From Mobula hypostoma (taxonomy: Eukaryota): a stretch of DNA of 64,000 bases. The stretch covers positions 164,984,001 through 165,048,000 of the forward strand of contig NC_086097.1 in assembly GCF_963921235.1 (NCBI RefSeq), written 5' to 3'. Both the position numbers and the translations under genes were made by a program. Each line of letters opens with the position of its first letter. The first letter of the stretch is position 1. Below, in pieces: positions 55,001 through 64,000 of this stretch. Under the pieces are notes generated by a model that did not search any database, was not told the origin of the DNA, and was given only the letters and a program-made list of their open reading frames with translations.

Positions 55001-58000
55001 TAAGCTGCCACTGGCCTGACACACTCATTCATTGTGGAAACTGTTCCTCAAATGCTAAATGGATTGATGTAATTATCCCAAAGTAATATCAAGTATATCA
55101 GAGCACCACACTCCACGCTAATGCCCCAACCCTTAACTACATGATCCAAAGCACCCCAATCTCAGAAAAAGAATCAGGTTTATTATCAAGGCATGTGTAA
55201 TGAAATTTGTTAACTTTGCAGCAGTAGTTCAATGCAGTACATAATATAGAAGGAAAAAAAAATAACAAAAAATAAATAAGTAAATCAAGTACAGCATATG
55301 TAAATTGAATAGATTAAAAAACAGTGCAAAAAAGGAAATAATATATGTTAAATAAGTGAGGTAGTGTTCACTTTGTCCACTTTGCGTGCCTCCTGTATGT
55401 CGGTCACTTTCAAATCATAAGACTATAAGACATAGGAGCAGAATCAGGCCATTTGGCCCATTGAATCATGGCTGATCCCTTTTCCCCCTCCTAAATAAGA
55501 CCATAAGACATAGGAGCAGAATTAAATCTTTCATCTTTCCCTGCATTGTACAATCACCTTGCAATACAGATGAAGGGTCCTGACCCAAAATACCAACTGT
55601 ACATTTCCATTCATAGATGCTGCTCAACCCGCTGAACTTCTCCAGAACTTTGTGTCACTAGCTAAAAGTCAGGCCTTCTGATCATCCTAAATGCGATCAT
55701 TGTTTATGTCCATACTTTCAACTGGCCATCCCCAACGTCTGGATTTGCCTTGTAACCTCCCCATCATTCTTACTTCCCTACGACTATTCCAAAAGCTTAG
55801 CTCTTTGACCAAATGTTTAATCATCTATAATGGAGCTCTGTCTCAATTTTGTTTGTTTAATAATCTTGGGAAGAGATGTTTGGTGTTTTACTACACCAAA
55901 GGTAACATAAAAAGAAGTTGTTGGTGTACGTGGCTTTCAGCCCCTCAAATCTTACATCTAAGAGGAACCAATGCTGGAATTCAACATCCTGAAATTCATG
56001 AACAGCAGCTAAAATGGTGAGTTGATCCAAATGTACTAATTGCTGCTCAGTGAGGTATTGACAAGTGAGAAAATTGATGGGCCGGCTGGTGGTGCAGCGA
56101 CATTGGCGCCGGACCCAGGAGCTGAGGTTCCCGGCTTCGAAACTAGTTGGGTCCACTCCCGAGTACGCTTTCCATCCGTGCCGGGTTGAGTGTCGAGATC
56201 GCGACTCGACCTCGTAAAATAAAGAAAATACTACAAAAATGTCAGTGTGAGAAGTGGTGTGTCACACAGTCTCTCTCGCTCCGCACCTTGTAAAAGTCAT
56301 GAGAAAGGCATCATCACGGACGCACGCACGGACATGCAGACACGCACACGCACACACACAGACTCGCACACGCACAGGCACACTCCAAAAAAAAAGAGAA
56401 GTAGGAAATTGCAAGCATTTACAGAATTTATTTACAATCTATATTAACTTGCACAGATAAGCAATAGTAAAGGACTGAGGAGGAGGGTGACAAAGGAGAG
56501 GTAAATTCAGAAAATGGATTAAGGTTGGATTTTAAAAGCTGTAAGAAGCCTGAGGATGTGCTACAGGAGCAAGGTTGTGGGAAGGAATGGGTAATAATAG
56601 AAATGCATGCAACTGCCCTTGATATCACTATGGTAACAATGAAAGGGAGCAACAATTTGAGCTGGTGTCTGTAACCTACAAGGAGACAGCAAGCTTGCCT
56701 TGGGCTTCCCAGTAGACCCACTGGTATAGAGAATGAAAAGAGGATGTTCAGCATCGACCCATTCTGGCTCACACTGCTCACTGGCGTTCTTCATTAGAAA
56801 TTCCCAGCACATATCAGTCTCAGAGTTCCAGAATAGCTGTGGGAACACCACAAATAATTAGTGCAAGAAAATATTTTTAATTTAGCTGACACACAAGCTG
56901 GCACAGAATGAAGAAATGTCATTTCTCACTGTCTTGTTTGGTGATATATATATGTGTACAGTTGAATAATAAACTTGAACTTAATCGAACAGAATCATTG
57001 CTATAATCTTCTTTCTCACTCCATGGACACTAAGCCAAGAAAAATCCAGTCACCAGAATCACACAGACCCTGCACAGGAAACAGCTTCCATTATCTATGG
57101 GACTACAGTCGGAAACTGAAATGTACTCTTGGTGCCCCTTGAGCACTGGGTTCATCTTATGTTAGGCTTGCAATGAAAAGTTGAATATCTGTGTTGCGAC
57201 CTCAATAAAAATAATGGTACAACAAAGCAGATTTAGGAAGAAGCCCTGCGCCAGTTTACTTAGCTGTTGGTGCATTAGGAACACAAGTTTGTTGAATGCT
57301 TTATAATAAATATTTGTGTAATTGGAGTACCATGGCAATGCCCATCCCTAATCATCCATGAGGAGATGGCGGTGAGCATCCTTCTCTCTGGAGATGACAC
57401 ACCAAGAGTGCTGTTTTCCTTAGAAAGAGACCATTTAACCAATTGACTTCATGCCAGCTCACAGAGAAATCCCATTCCCTCACTAAATTTCAATCAGGGG
57501 TCATTCACAGTGGCGAATTAACTTGTGACTTTGGGACGGCTGCACCTCTGTGCTGCTCTGTCCACAAGGGAGTTTCAGGACTTTGACCGAGTAACAATGA
57601 AGGATGGAGGATGACATCAGAATTGGAGAGCTGTTCACATTTCCAAAGCAATACAACTTTCAGAAAGCCAGGGTGAAGAAATAAAATGAACCAAAAAACA
57701 TATTTGTTTCTAAATGGACTAAATTGACTAAACCATTTAGTTATTGACCTGTCGTTCAAAATGAAGACAAGAAATAGTCACTGGTCCATAGCATTAGCAA
57801 TCAAGTGCACAGATCTTGAGATAGGAAGGGAGGGTGGGGAGGAGCAGGCCTTAAGGGCTGAATGGCCTTTACCTGATCAAGGATGTTCTTACATTTATGT
57901 CTATCATGATTGTTTGGCTATTTCATATTGAAGTCATTCAGCATTTACCTGCAATATGTTACAGTGGGCTTTTCCCTGGCTCTTCCTTAGCTTGTTGCCA

Positions 58001-61000
58001 AGGTGTTGAACCACAATGCACCTTTTCACAACAAAACCCTTTCTGTAAAGAAACTGAAGATTAATTTGTGTCAAAACATACAGAATCATTCTAATAATAG
58101 CACAGGGTTTACTCACATTTGGAAAAGCAAGGGTTTGTTAGGTATAGTCAGTTTCACAAATTTGGTTGAGTTTTTTGCGGTAGTGATAAAGATGATTGAT
58201 GAGGGTAGGGCAGTGAATGTTGTCTCCCTGGACTTTAGTAAAACAAGTTCCCTCACCAGGCCAATCCAGAAAAAAAAGCACATGGTGAGTTGATAAATTA
58301 GATCGAAAATTAGCTTGGTCAAAGAAGGGAGAAGGTTATTTTTCTGATTGGAGGTCTGTGACGTGTGGTGTTCTTAGGGATCAGTACTGGGACCATCCTT
58401 ATTTGTAATATATATCAGTGATTTGGATGAAAATGTAGGTGGGCTAATTAATAAGTTTTCAGATGACATGGAAATTGGTGGAGCTGTGGGTAGCGAAAAA
58501 GGTTGTCAAATGATAAATAGCACATGAAAGATCAGTTGGCTGATCCAATTTTCCTCTTAGCCCCAGTCTCCTGCCTTTTCTGCATATCCTTCATGCCCTG
58601 ACCAATTAAGAATCTATGAACCTCTGCTTAAATATACATAATGACTTGGCCTCCATAGCTGCCTGTGGCAAATAATTCTACGGAGTCGGCATCCTCAGGC
58701 TAAAGAAATTCCTCCTCATCTCCATTGTCTATATTCTGAGTCATTGACTTTTGATCTTAGACTCTCCCAGCATAGGAAACATCCTCTCCACATTCACTCT
58801 ATCAAGACCTTTCACCATTCAATAGGTTTCAATGAGGTCACCCCTCATTCTTCTGAATTCTAGTGAATACAGGCCCAGAGCCATCAGGCACTCTTCATAT
58901 GACAGGCCATTTAATCCTGGAAACATTTTCATGAACGTTCTTTGAACCCTCTCCAGTTTCAGCACATCGGTTCTAAGATAAGGGGCCCAAAACTGCTCAC
59001 AATACTCCAAATGAGGCCTCACTAGTGCTTTATAAGGTATCAACATTACGTCCTTGCTTTTATATTCTAGTCCTCTCGAAATTAATGCCAGCATTGCATT
59101 TGCCTTCCTCACCACGGACTCAACCTGCAAATTATCCTTCTGAGAATCTTGCACAAGTACTCCCAAGAACCTTTGCAGCTCAGTTTTTTGTATTCCCTCC
59201 AGTTGGAAAACAGTTAACTCGTTCATATCTTCTACCAAAGTGCATGACCATACATTTCCCTACACTATATTCTATCTGCCATTTCTTTGCCTGTTCTCCT
59301 AATCTGTCCGTCCTTCTGTAGCCTCTCTACTTCCTCAAAACTACCTACCCTTCCAGCTATCTTCATCTGCAAACTTTGCAACAAGGCCATTAATTCCATC
59401 ATCCAAATCATCGACATATAACGTAGAAAGAATCAGTTCCAACACAGACCCCTGTGGAATACCACTAGTCACTGGCAACCCTTTATTCCCACTCTGTTTA
59501 TTCCCACTCTTTGCCTCCTACCAATCAACCACTGCTTTATCCATGCTAGAATCTTTCCTGTAATGCCATGGGCTCGTAGCTTGTTAAGCAGCCTCATGTG
59601 TGGCACCTTGTCAAAGGCCTTCTGAAAATCCAAGCATACAGCATCAACCAATTCTCCTTTGTCTATCCTGTTTGTTACTTTTTTTAAAAATTCCGACAGA
59701 TTTGTCAGGCAATACTTTTCCTTGAGGAAACCATGCTGACTATGGCCTATTTTATCTTGTAACTCCAATTACCCTGAGACCTCATCCTTAATAATCGACC
59801 GAACATTTTCCTAACTACTGAGATCAGACCAACTGGCGTATAGCTTCCTTTCTTCTGCCTCTCACCATTCTTGAGGAGTGGAGTGATATCTGCAGTTTTC
59901 CAGTCTTTAGGAACCATTGCGGAATCGAGTGATTCTTGAAAGATCCTTACTAATGCCTCCACAACTTCTTCAGCCACCTCTTTCAGAACTCTGATGTGTA
60001 CACCATCTGGTCTAGATGACTTGTCCACCCCTGACATTTCAGTTTCCCAAAAACCTTCTCTCTAGTTATGGTAACTTCACACACTTCATGCCCCCCGACA
60101 CCTGGAACTTCCTGGAAATATGCTTAATGTTTATGGTTGATAACTGCTATAGTCTCCTGTTACATTTCTACTTTCCACAGACATATATATTTGGTCTCCC
60201 CTTGATTTCTCCTCTTTCTGGTCCTTATTTTCTCCCAGGGCCCTTCTCCCTCTGTAAATAACTGTGTGGGCCAGTTTAAAAAATTGGAAACTATATACAT
60301 ATAAAAAAGCAAGGGTTATGTGTTAATGCATCTTGTGTTAAAACTCAGTATGCACAACTGCCCACAATCTCAAAGAGCTGCCACATTATTATCACAATGG
60401 TTGTAGGAAGTGGGATTAAGCCTTGAAGTTCACACTGCAAGAAACAAACTGTGGAGGAAATTAGACAGTTAAAATTTCACCTGTACTGAAAGAAAGAGGG
60501 GAGCCCATTATAGCCCATATACTGGTTATAATTCACACACTGGTTACCTCCTCTCTATCTTTCAGTCTGGATGAACAGTCTGACCCCAATGTTGACTGTC
60601 CATTTCCCTCCACAGATGTTGTCTGACTTGCTGAGTGCTTTCAGCAGGGCTCTTTGCTCCAGATTCCAACATCTGCAGTTTCTTGTGTCTCCGTCTGTCT
60701 TACAATTCACACTGTTCAGTTGCCTTTGTAGCGGGACAAAGCTCTGCCAAGGAGAGAAGGGACAACACTGGGCTGGGGGGGAGGAGTCAGCACATGGTGT
60801 CAGGAAACAGAGCTCTCCAAAACATTTGTATTCACATGCTTAAGTAGCCCCATGGCACTTCCTGCCAGAATTTATCCTGTGGGAAGAATTCGGGGCAGTG
60901 ATCACATTGTGAAAAGCTGCGAGAGGCAGGCGAACTCACAAAACTGATTTGCTGCTGATCAGTCAGACAAACACGGTGAGAAGGAAATAAAAATTAATGT

Positions 61001-63077
61001 CCACATGGGACACTTATTTCATATGTGGTTGGCAATTTAGTCTTGGATTTTCTCCTGGTTTACTGTGAATAAAACAACACAGGTCGAAGGTTGCACCTTT
61101 TTCAATTATCAGCGAAGAAATGAGCACCATGTACATCGATGAACTGCATATATGACACCAAGGAAATGGCTCCCATCTTTAAGCATCTTGTACCCAATCC
61201 AATTGCCCACTGGCCTCAAGGTCAAAAATTACTTTTACACTCACTTTACATACTTTGGTACTCTTATACAGTACTACTGGTAAGGCCACACTCGAAACAC
61301 AGTGTTCAGTTTTGGTCACCCTGCGATAGGGAAGATGTTACTGAAATGGAAAGAGTGGAGAAAAGATTTACAAGGATGCTACCAGGCCTTCAGGGACTGA
61401 GTTATAGGGAGAGGTTGGGCCAAGCTAGTACTTCATTCCTTGGAGTGTAGGAGATTGAGGTGATCTCATAAAGGTGTATTAAATCATGAGGGGCATGGAT
61501 TTAAGCTGAGAGGGGAAGGATTTAATAGGAATTTGAAGGACATCATTTCTACACAATGGGTGTTATCTATGTGGAATCAGCTGTCAGAGGAAGTGGTTGA
61601 GGCAGATAAAATTACATCTTCTAAATGACAGTTCTACAGGTACATGATTGAAAAGGTTTAGAAATTATGGACCAAGTGCTGGCAAATGAGACAAGCTTGT
61701 ATGGGGCATCTTAGTCAGCAATGACGAATTAGGCCGAAGGCCTTGTTTTCTTCCTGTATAATTCTCTGACATTACACAAACAACGCACACACATTTTGGT
61801 CTATGAGTGGTGAATAGTTACAATGTGGATAGATGCCAAAATACATTCACAAGAAAGTAACATGTAAAAATGCTGGGTGATAACAAGAATCAGACAATAG
61901 TGTACAAAATGACCAACAGGACACAGAGTACATCATAAAACTGCAGGAGTGCTGTGCAAGTATTAGTACCACAAATAAACTCTTCTCGGGCTTAGTACCA
62001 CACAGAAAAATGTGGAACATTTGGTACAACACAGCCATAATTCCCAGTGGGCACATGGCCAAGTGGTTAAGGCATTGGACTAACGACCTGAAGGTTGTGA
62101 GTTCAAGCCCCAGCCGAGGCAACGTGTTGTGCCCTTGAGCAAGGCACTTAATCACACATTGCTCTGCGACGACACTGGTGCCAAGCTGTATGGGTCCTAA
62201 TGCCCTTCCCTTAGACAACACTGGTGTCGTGGAGATGGGAGACTTGCAGCATGTGCAACTGCTGGTCTTCCATACAACCTTGCCCAGGCCTGCACCCTGG
62301 AGAGTGAAGACTTTCCAGGCGCAGATCCATGGTCTCACAAGACTAACGGATGCCTTCTTAAGTGCAGTTGATGAAACCTATGTTAGTTAGGAGGTATCTT
62401 CCTCTACTGCAGAGTATGTATTGTAAAGTTTACCCAACAACGCAGAACAAAGCATACGGTTGTTTTATTTTAAATAAAGGGGAAAGGTTATTTTCAGAAG
62501 ATCGAGGTCCAAAATAACTCGGAAGTTTATCAAATGAAGTATCAAGATTTTAAGTTAGAATTTGGGTGACAATGTTTAAAATATTTAAAAGCAGAATTCC
62601 TGACTTCTGCATTTAATTTATTCTGTTATAACTCCATCATATTTCTTGCATTTGGATTTCCCCTATGCATAACAATGGTTTTCATTGAAAACTAATCACC
62701 ATGGACAGAGCACTGGGTTTACAGAGCATTCAATAGGTAACTTCAAAAACGTAGGATCAATAGTGCACTAATAACAAAAACCTCACTTGCATTTACACTT
62801 CTCCAACGCAGCATCTGCGATCTGTTTTAGGTTGATCAGCTTCTCTCCTCTGTAAAAACCATCTAAATGACAGGAAAAAATGTAAATGTATTGACTTTTC
62901 CAACAAATATTCAAAGTGATTTTGAGTATTAAAGTGGCATAAACTAGGATAAGAGGCAGATTACAGAGAGCAAAGGGAATTGTCAGGAGAACAATAGACT
63001 TTACCTGCAGTAACCAGTAATATGCATTGGGAATCTAATATTCTGTCACACAGAGATTCAGCTGAGAAACCTGCAAA
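33941..63077 (-). CDS. acss2l: Acetyl-CoA synthetase 2-like gene (probably acss2l), partial: 14 coding exons equivalent to human ACSS2 exons ~5-18
   Basis: Spliced exons give an open 504-aa frame with ANL/ACS motifs [53 protein letters not shown] and [12 protein letters not shown]. Exon sizes 73,76,94,138,171,134,133,57,81,109,69,177,75,128 match the recalled ACSS2 layout. The C-terminus [14 protein letters not shown] resembles fish acss2l; the paralog assignment is less certain than the family. Confidence 0.9.
34168..34242 (-). CDS. acss2l: ACSS2-like exon, 75 nt: [25 protein letters not shown]
   Basis: tctgtag acceptor, gtaaat donor. Confidence 0.95.
34746..34971. mobile_element. Solo LTR (TG...CA), 226 bp, inside a DeuSINE-like relic
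   Basis: Starts tgttgtgtttt, ends gcacaca; 5-bp TSD aacag at 34741-34745 and 34972-34976. Confidence 0.8.
36215..36391 (-). CDS. acss2l: ACSS2-like exon, 177 nt: [16 protein letters not shown]...[31 protein letters not shown]
   Basis: ccacag acceptor, gtatgt donor. Confidence 0.95.
36495..37118 (+). mobile_element. HER1/CR1 LINE 3' fragment in an ACSS2-like intron
   Basis: [31 protein letters not shown]. Confidence 0.9.
37150..37850 (-). mobile_element. Rex1-derived internally deleted element
   Basis: Rex1-like tail (gaataacaattaaacttgaac on minus strand) joined to a [14 protein letters not shown] 5' leader; similar tails at ~21250-21640, 30055-30300, 48130-48670. Confidence 0.55.
40320..40700 (+). 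mobile_element. RTE/BovB-related short element
   Basis: 3' motif gaaggcaatggcaaagcacttctgcagaaaaatttgcc resembles BovB/Sauria-SINE tails; terminal hairpin atcatggtc...gaccatgat. Confidence 0.7.
41110..41178 (-). CDS. acss2l: ACSS2-like exon, 69 nt: [23 protein letters not shown]
   Basis: tattgtgcag acceptor, CAG|gtagct donor; A8 hinge motif. Confidence 0.94.
41432..42065 (-). mobile_element. hAT (Charlie-like) DNA transposon 3' fragment
   Basis: Terminus cagtgagtctcaatcttttt; minus-strand remnant LQERLTELQ...[16 protein letters not shown]...VERGFSQ...[14 protein letters not shown]. Confidence 0.8.
43251..43359 (-). CDS. acss2l: ACSS2-like exon, 109 nt: [36 protein letters not shown]
   Basis: tgttctcag acceptor, gtaaac donor. 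Confidence 0.95.
43540..43803 (+). mobile_element. Penelope-like element 3' end (second family)
   Basis: [20 protein letters not shown] (GIY-YIG C-terminal remnant), then ctgatgaagat...gaaa and acccagctggaagcccaagaag. Confidence 0.7.
44280..45560. mobile_element. Old CR1 fragments, nested in opposite orientations
   Basis: [19 protein letters not shown] on minus strand; plus-strand 3' piece at 44735-45170. Confidence 0.8.
46573..46653 (-). CDS. acss2l: ACSS2-like exon, 81 nt: [27 protein letters not shown]
   Basis: ccaccag acceptor, gtaagt donor; 98-nt upstream intron. Confidence 0.94.
46752..46808 (-). CDS. acss2l: ACSS2-like exon, 57 nt: [19 protein letters not shown]
   Basis: gcacag acceptor, gtaagc donor. 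Confidence 0.93.
48942..49249 (+). mobile_element. Full-length tRNA-derived SINE with (CA/CG) microsatellite and poly(A) tail
   Basis: A box tggcgcaacga, B box ggttcgaaacc; 15-bp TSD gaaaatatacagggg at 48927-48941 and 49250-49264. Confidence 0.92.
49536..51779 (-). mobile_element. Young HER1/CR1 LINE, 2.2-kb 5'-truncated ORF2 with a single nonsense codon
   Basis: 482-aa and 235-aa ORFs in one frame separated only by TGA at 50333-50331; FADD RT motif; (TTCTATGG)n tail; nested in an older CR1. Confidence 0.98.
52013..52145 (-). CDS. acss2l: ACSS2-like exon, 133 nt: [44 protein letters not shown]
   Basis: ctctttag acceptor, gtaaac donor. Confidence 0.95.
52730..53670. mobile_element. Old CR1 RT fragments
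   Basis: [11 protein letters not shown]...[14 protein letters not shown] (+); [13 protein letters not shown] (-). Confidence 0.8.
53751..53884 (-). CDS. acss2l: ACSS2-like exon, 134 nt: [44 protein letters not shown]
   Basis: ctcag acceptor, gtaaga donor; absent from the ORF track, found by manual translation. Confidence 0.93.
54732..54902 (-). CDS. acss2l: ACSS2-like exon, 171 nt: [12 protein letters not shown]...[28 protein letters not shown]
   Basis: cattctag acceptor, gtgagt donor. Confidence 0.95.
56078..56395 (+). mobile_element. Second full-length copy of the tRNA-derived SINE
   Basis: Co-linear with 48942-49249; degenerate TSD aagt(g/a)..aaattg. Confidence 0.9.
56699..56836 (-). 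CDS. acss2l: ACSS2-like exon, 138 nt: [11 protein letters not shown]...[16 protein letters not shown] (AMP-binding P-loop)
   Basis: ttcccacag acceptor; non-canonical AAG|gcaagc donor. Confidence 0.93.
57949..58042 (-). CDS. acss2l: ACSS2-like exon, 94 nt: [32 protein letters not shown]
   Basis: tttctttacag acceptor, CAG|gtaaat donor; phase 2 to 0; homologous to GFPVRCCIVVKHLG. Confidence 0.88.
58110..60115. mobile_element. CR1/HER1 LINE fragments (plus 58110-58530; minus 58545-60115)
   Basis: [41 protein letters not shown]. Confidence 0.92.
61275..61770 (+). mobile_element. CR1 3' fragment
   Basis: [15 protein letters not shown]...RFTRMLPGL. Confidence 0.85.
62048..62357 (+). mobile_element. 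tRNA-derived SINE (third family)
   Basis: A box tggccaagtgg, B box gagttcaagcc, body cccttgagcaaggcactt, LINE-like tail ccatggtctcacaagactaacggatgcc. Confidence 0.85.
62787..62862 (-). CDS. acss2l: ACSS2-like exon, 76 nt: [25 protein letters not shown]
   Basis: ttttttcctgtcatttag acceptor, gtgagg donor; phase 1 to 2. Confidence 0.93.
63005..63077 (-). CDS. acss2l: ACSS2-like exon, 73 nt: [24 protein letters not shown]
   Basis: ttattcag acceptor, G|gtaaag donor; phase 0 to 1. Confidence 0.93.
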
Positions 63078-64000
63078 CTGAATAATAAACACATGAAACA
63101 GCTATAATTCCCTCTGTTCTTTAGTCAACACAGCGGACTAAATATTCTGTTGATGGTGGTGTCAAGCCCAGGAAAAGATTAGAACTCAAGCTGAAAATCA
63201 ATCTAAGAGAATACATTATGTGAAGATCGGATTATCTGACTTTTCCATGAAATTCCCACAAAATAAGCTGCATTCTATCAAATATAAGTTCAGGAGCTGG
63301 TTGGTCCACCCCAGCATTGTCATAGGGTCATAGAGTTTTACAACGTGGAAGCCGGCCCTTCGGCCCATCTCATCCATGCAGACTGTTGCCCAATGAGCTA
63401 GTCCCACCTGCTTTCATTTGGCCCATATATTACATAACACTCCCCTGGGCCCTACCATTTACTGCATGTCCTATTCTGCTTTGATCTCTCAAAATTCAAT
63501 ACCTCACATTTATCTGGACTGAAAGTCACACATCAATCCTCAGCCCACATACTTAGCTGATCTCACTGTAAGTTTCCATAACCTTCTACAGTGCCTGCAA
63601 CACCAGCTCATCATCTGTAAACTTACTAACTACGTCTCGTATACTGACATTAAAATCATTTATATAAATTACAAACAAAGCTATCCGATGTACCATGATG
63701 AAACGGTGTCTTTGCAATTTGTAACATAAAACTGTTTGGCACCAAAATTATCAGTGATTGTCTCAAAACAGCTCAGATTTCTTTTGACTGATCAAGGCAG
63801 CAATGAAAGTCACACTACACAAATTGTTTGATTAGCTAACTTTACTTAACTCAACTAAAGAAGAAAGAAATGAGTATTTCATATAATTTTATTTAACTCT
63901 GCACTACAAATTTAATTTAACTCTTAACTAGAAAACAAAGCTCAAGTAACTTCATTTAGTACCTTTATTTAAATCTTAACTAAAAAAACACAACTCTTTA

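Noticed and set aside
62048..62120. tRNA gene
   Set aside because: A/B boxes continue into a SINE body and tail; no proper acceptor stem. Same for 48942 and 56078.

Overview
Repeat-dense vertebrate genomic DNA, almost certainly a cartilaginous fish and probably a ray (inferred from HER1/CR1 LINEs, V-SINEs, Rex1 and Penelope-like elements). The right half (33941-63077, minus strand) holds the last 14 coding exons of an acetyl-CoA synthetase 2 family gene, probably the fish-type paralog acss2l; its 5' exons lie beyond the window. I assembled these exons by hand: 1515 nt, 504 aa plus stop, all phases compatible, one GC-AG intron. Most remaining sequence is nested, decayed transposons, a 1.5-kb (CA)n array and a 77-bp minisatellite. 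Best leads: (1) an RTE-type non-autonomous retroelement whose two damaged copies together rebuild a complete HDV-like ribozyme with an unusual L3 hairpin insertion; (2) a Val-to-Ala change in the ACSS2-like acyl pocket that predicts propionate use; (3) a speculative plus-strand micro-exon gene at 11-27 kb. Repeat family names come from recalled motifs, and repeat boundaries are approximate unless a target-site duplication (TSD) is quoted.
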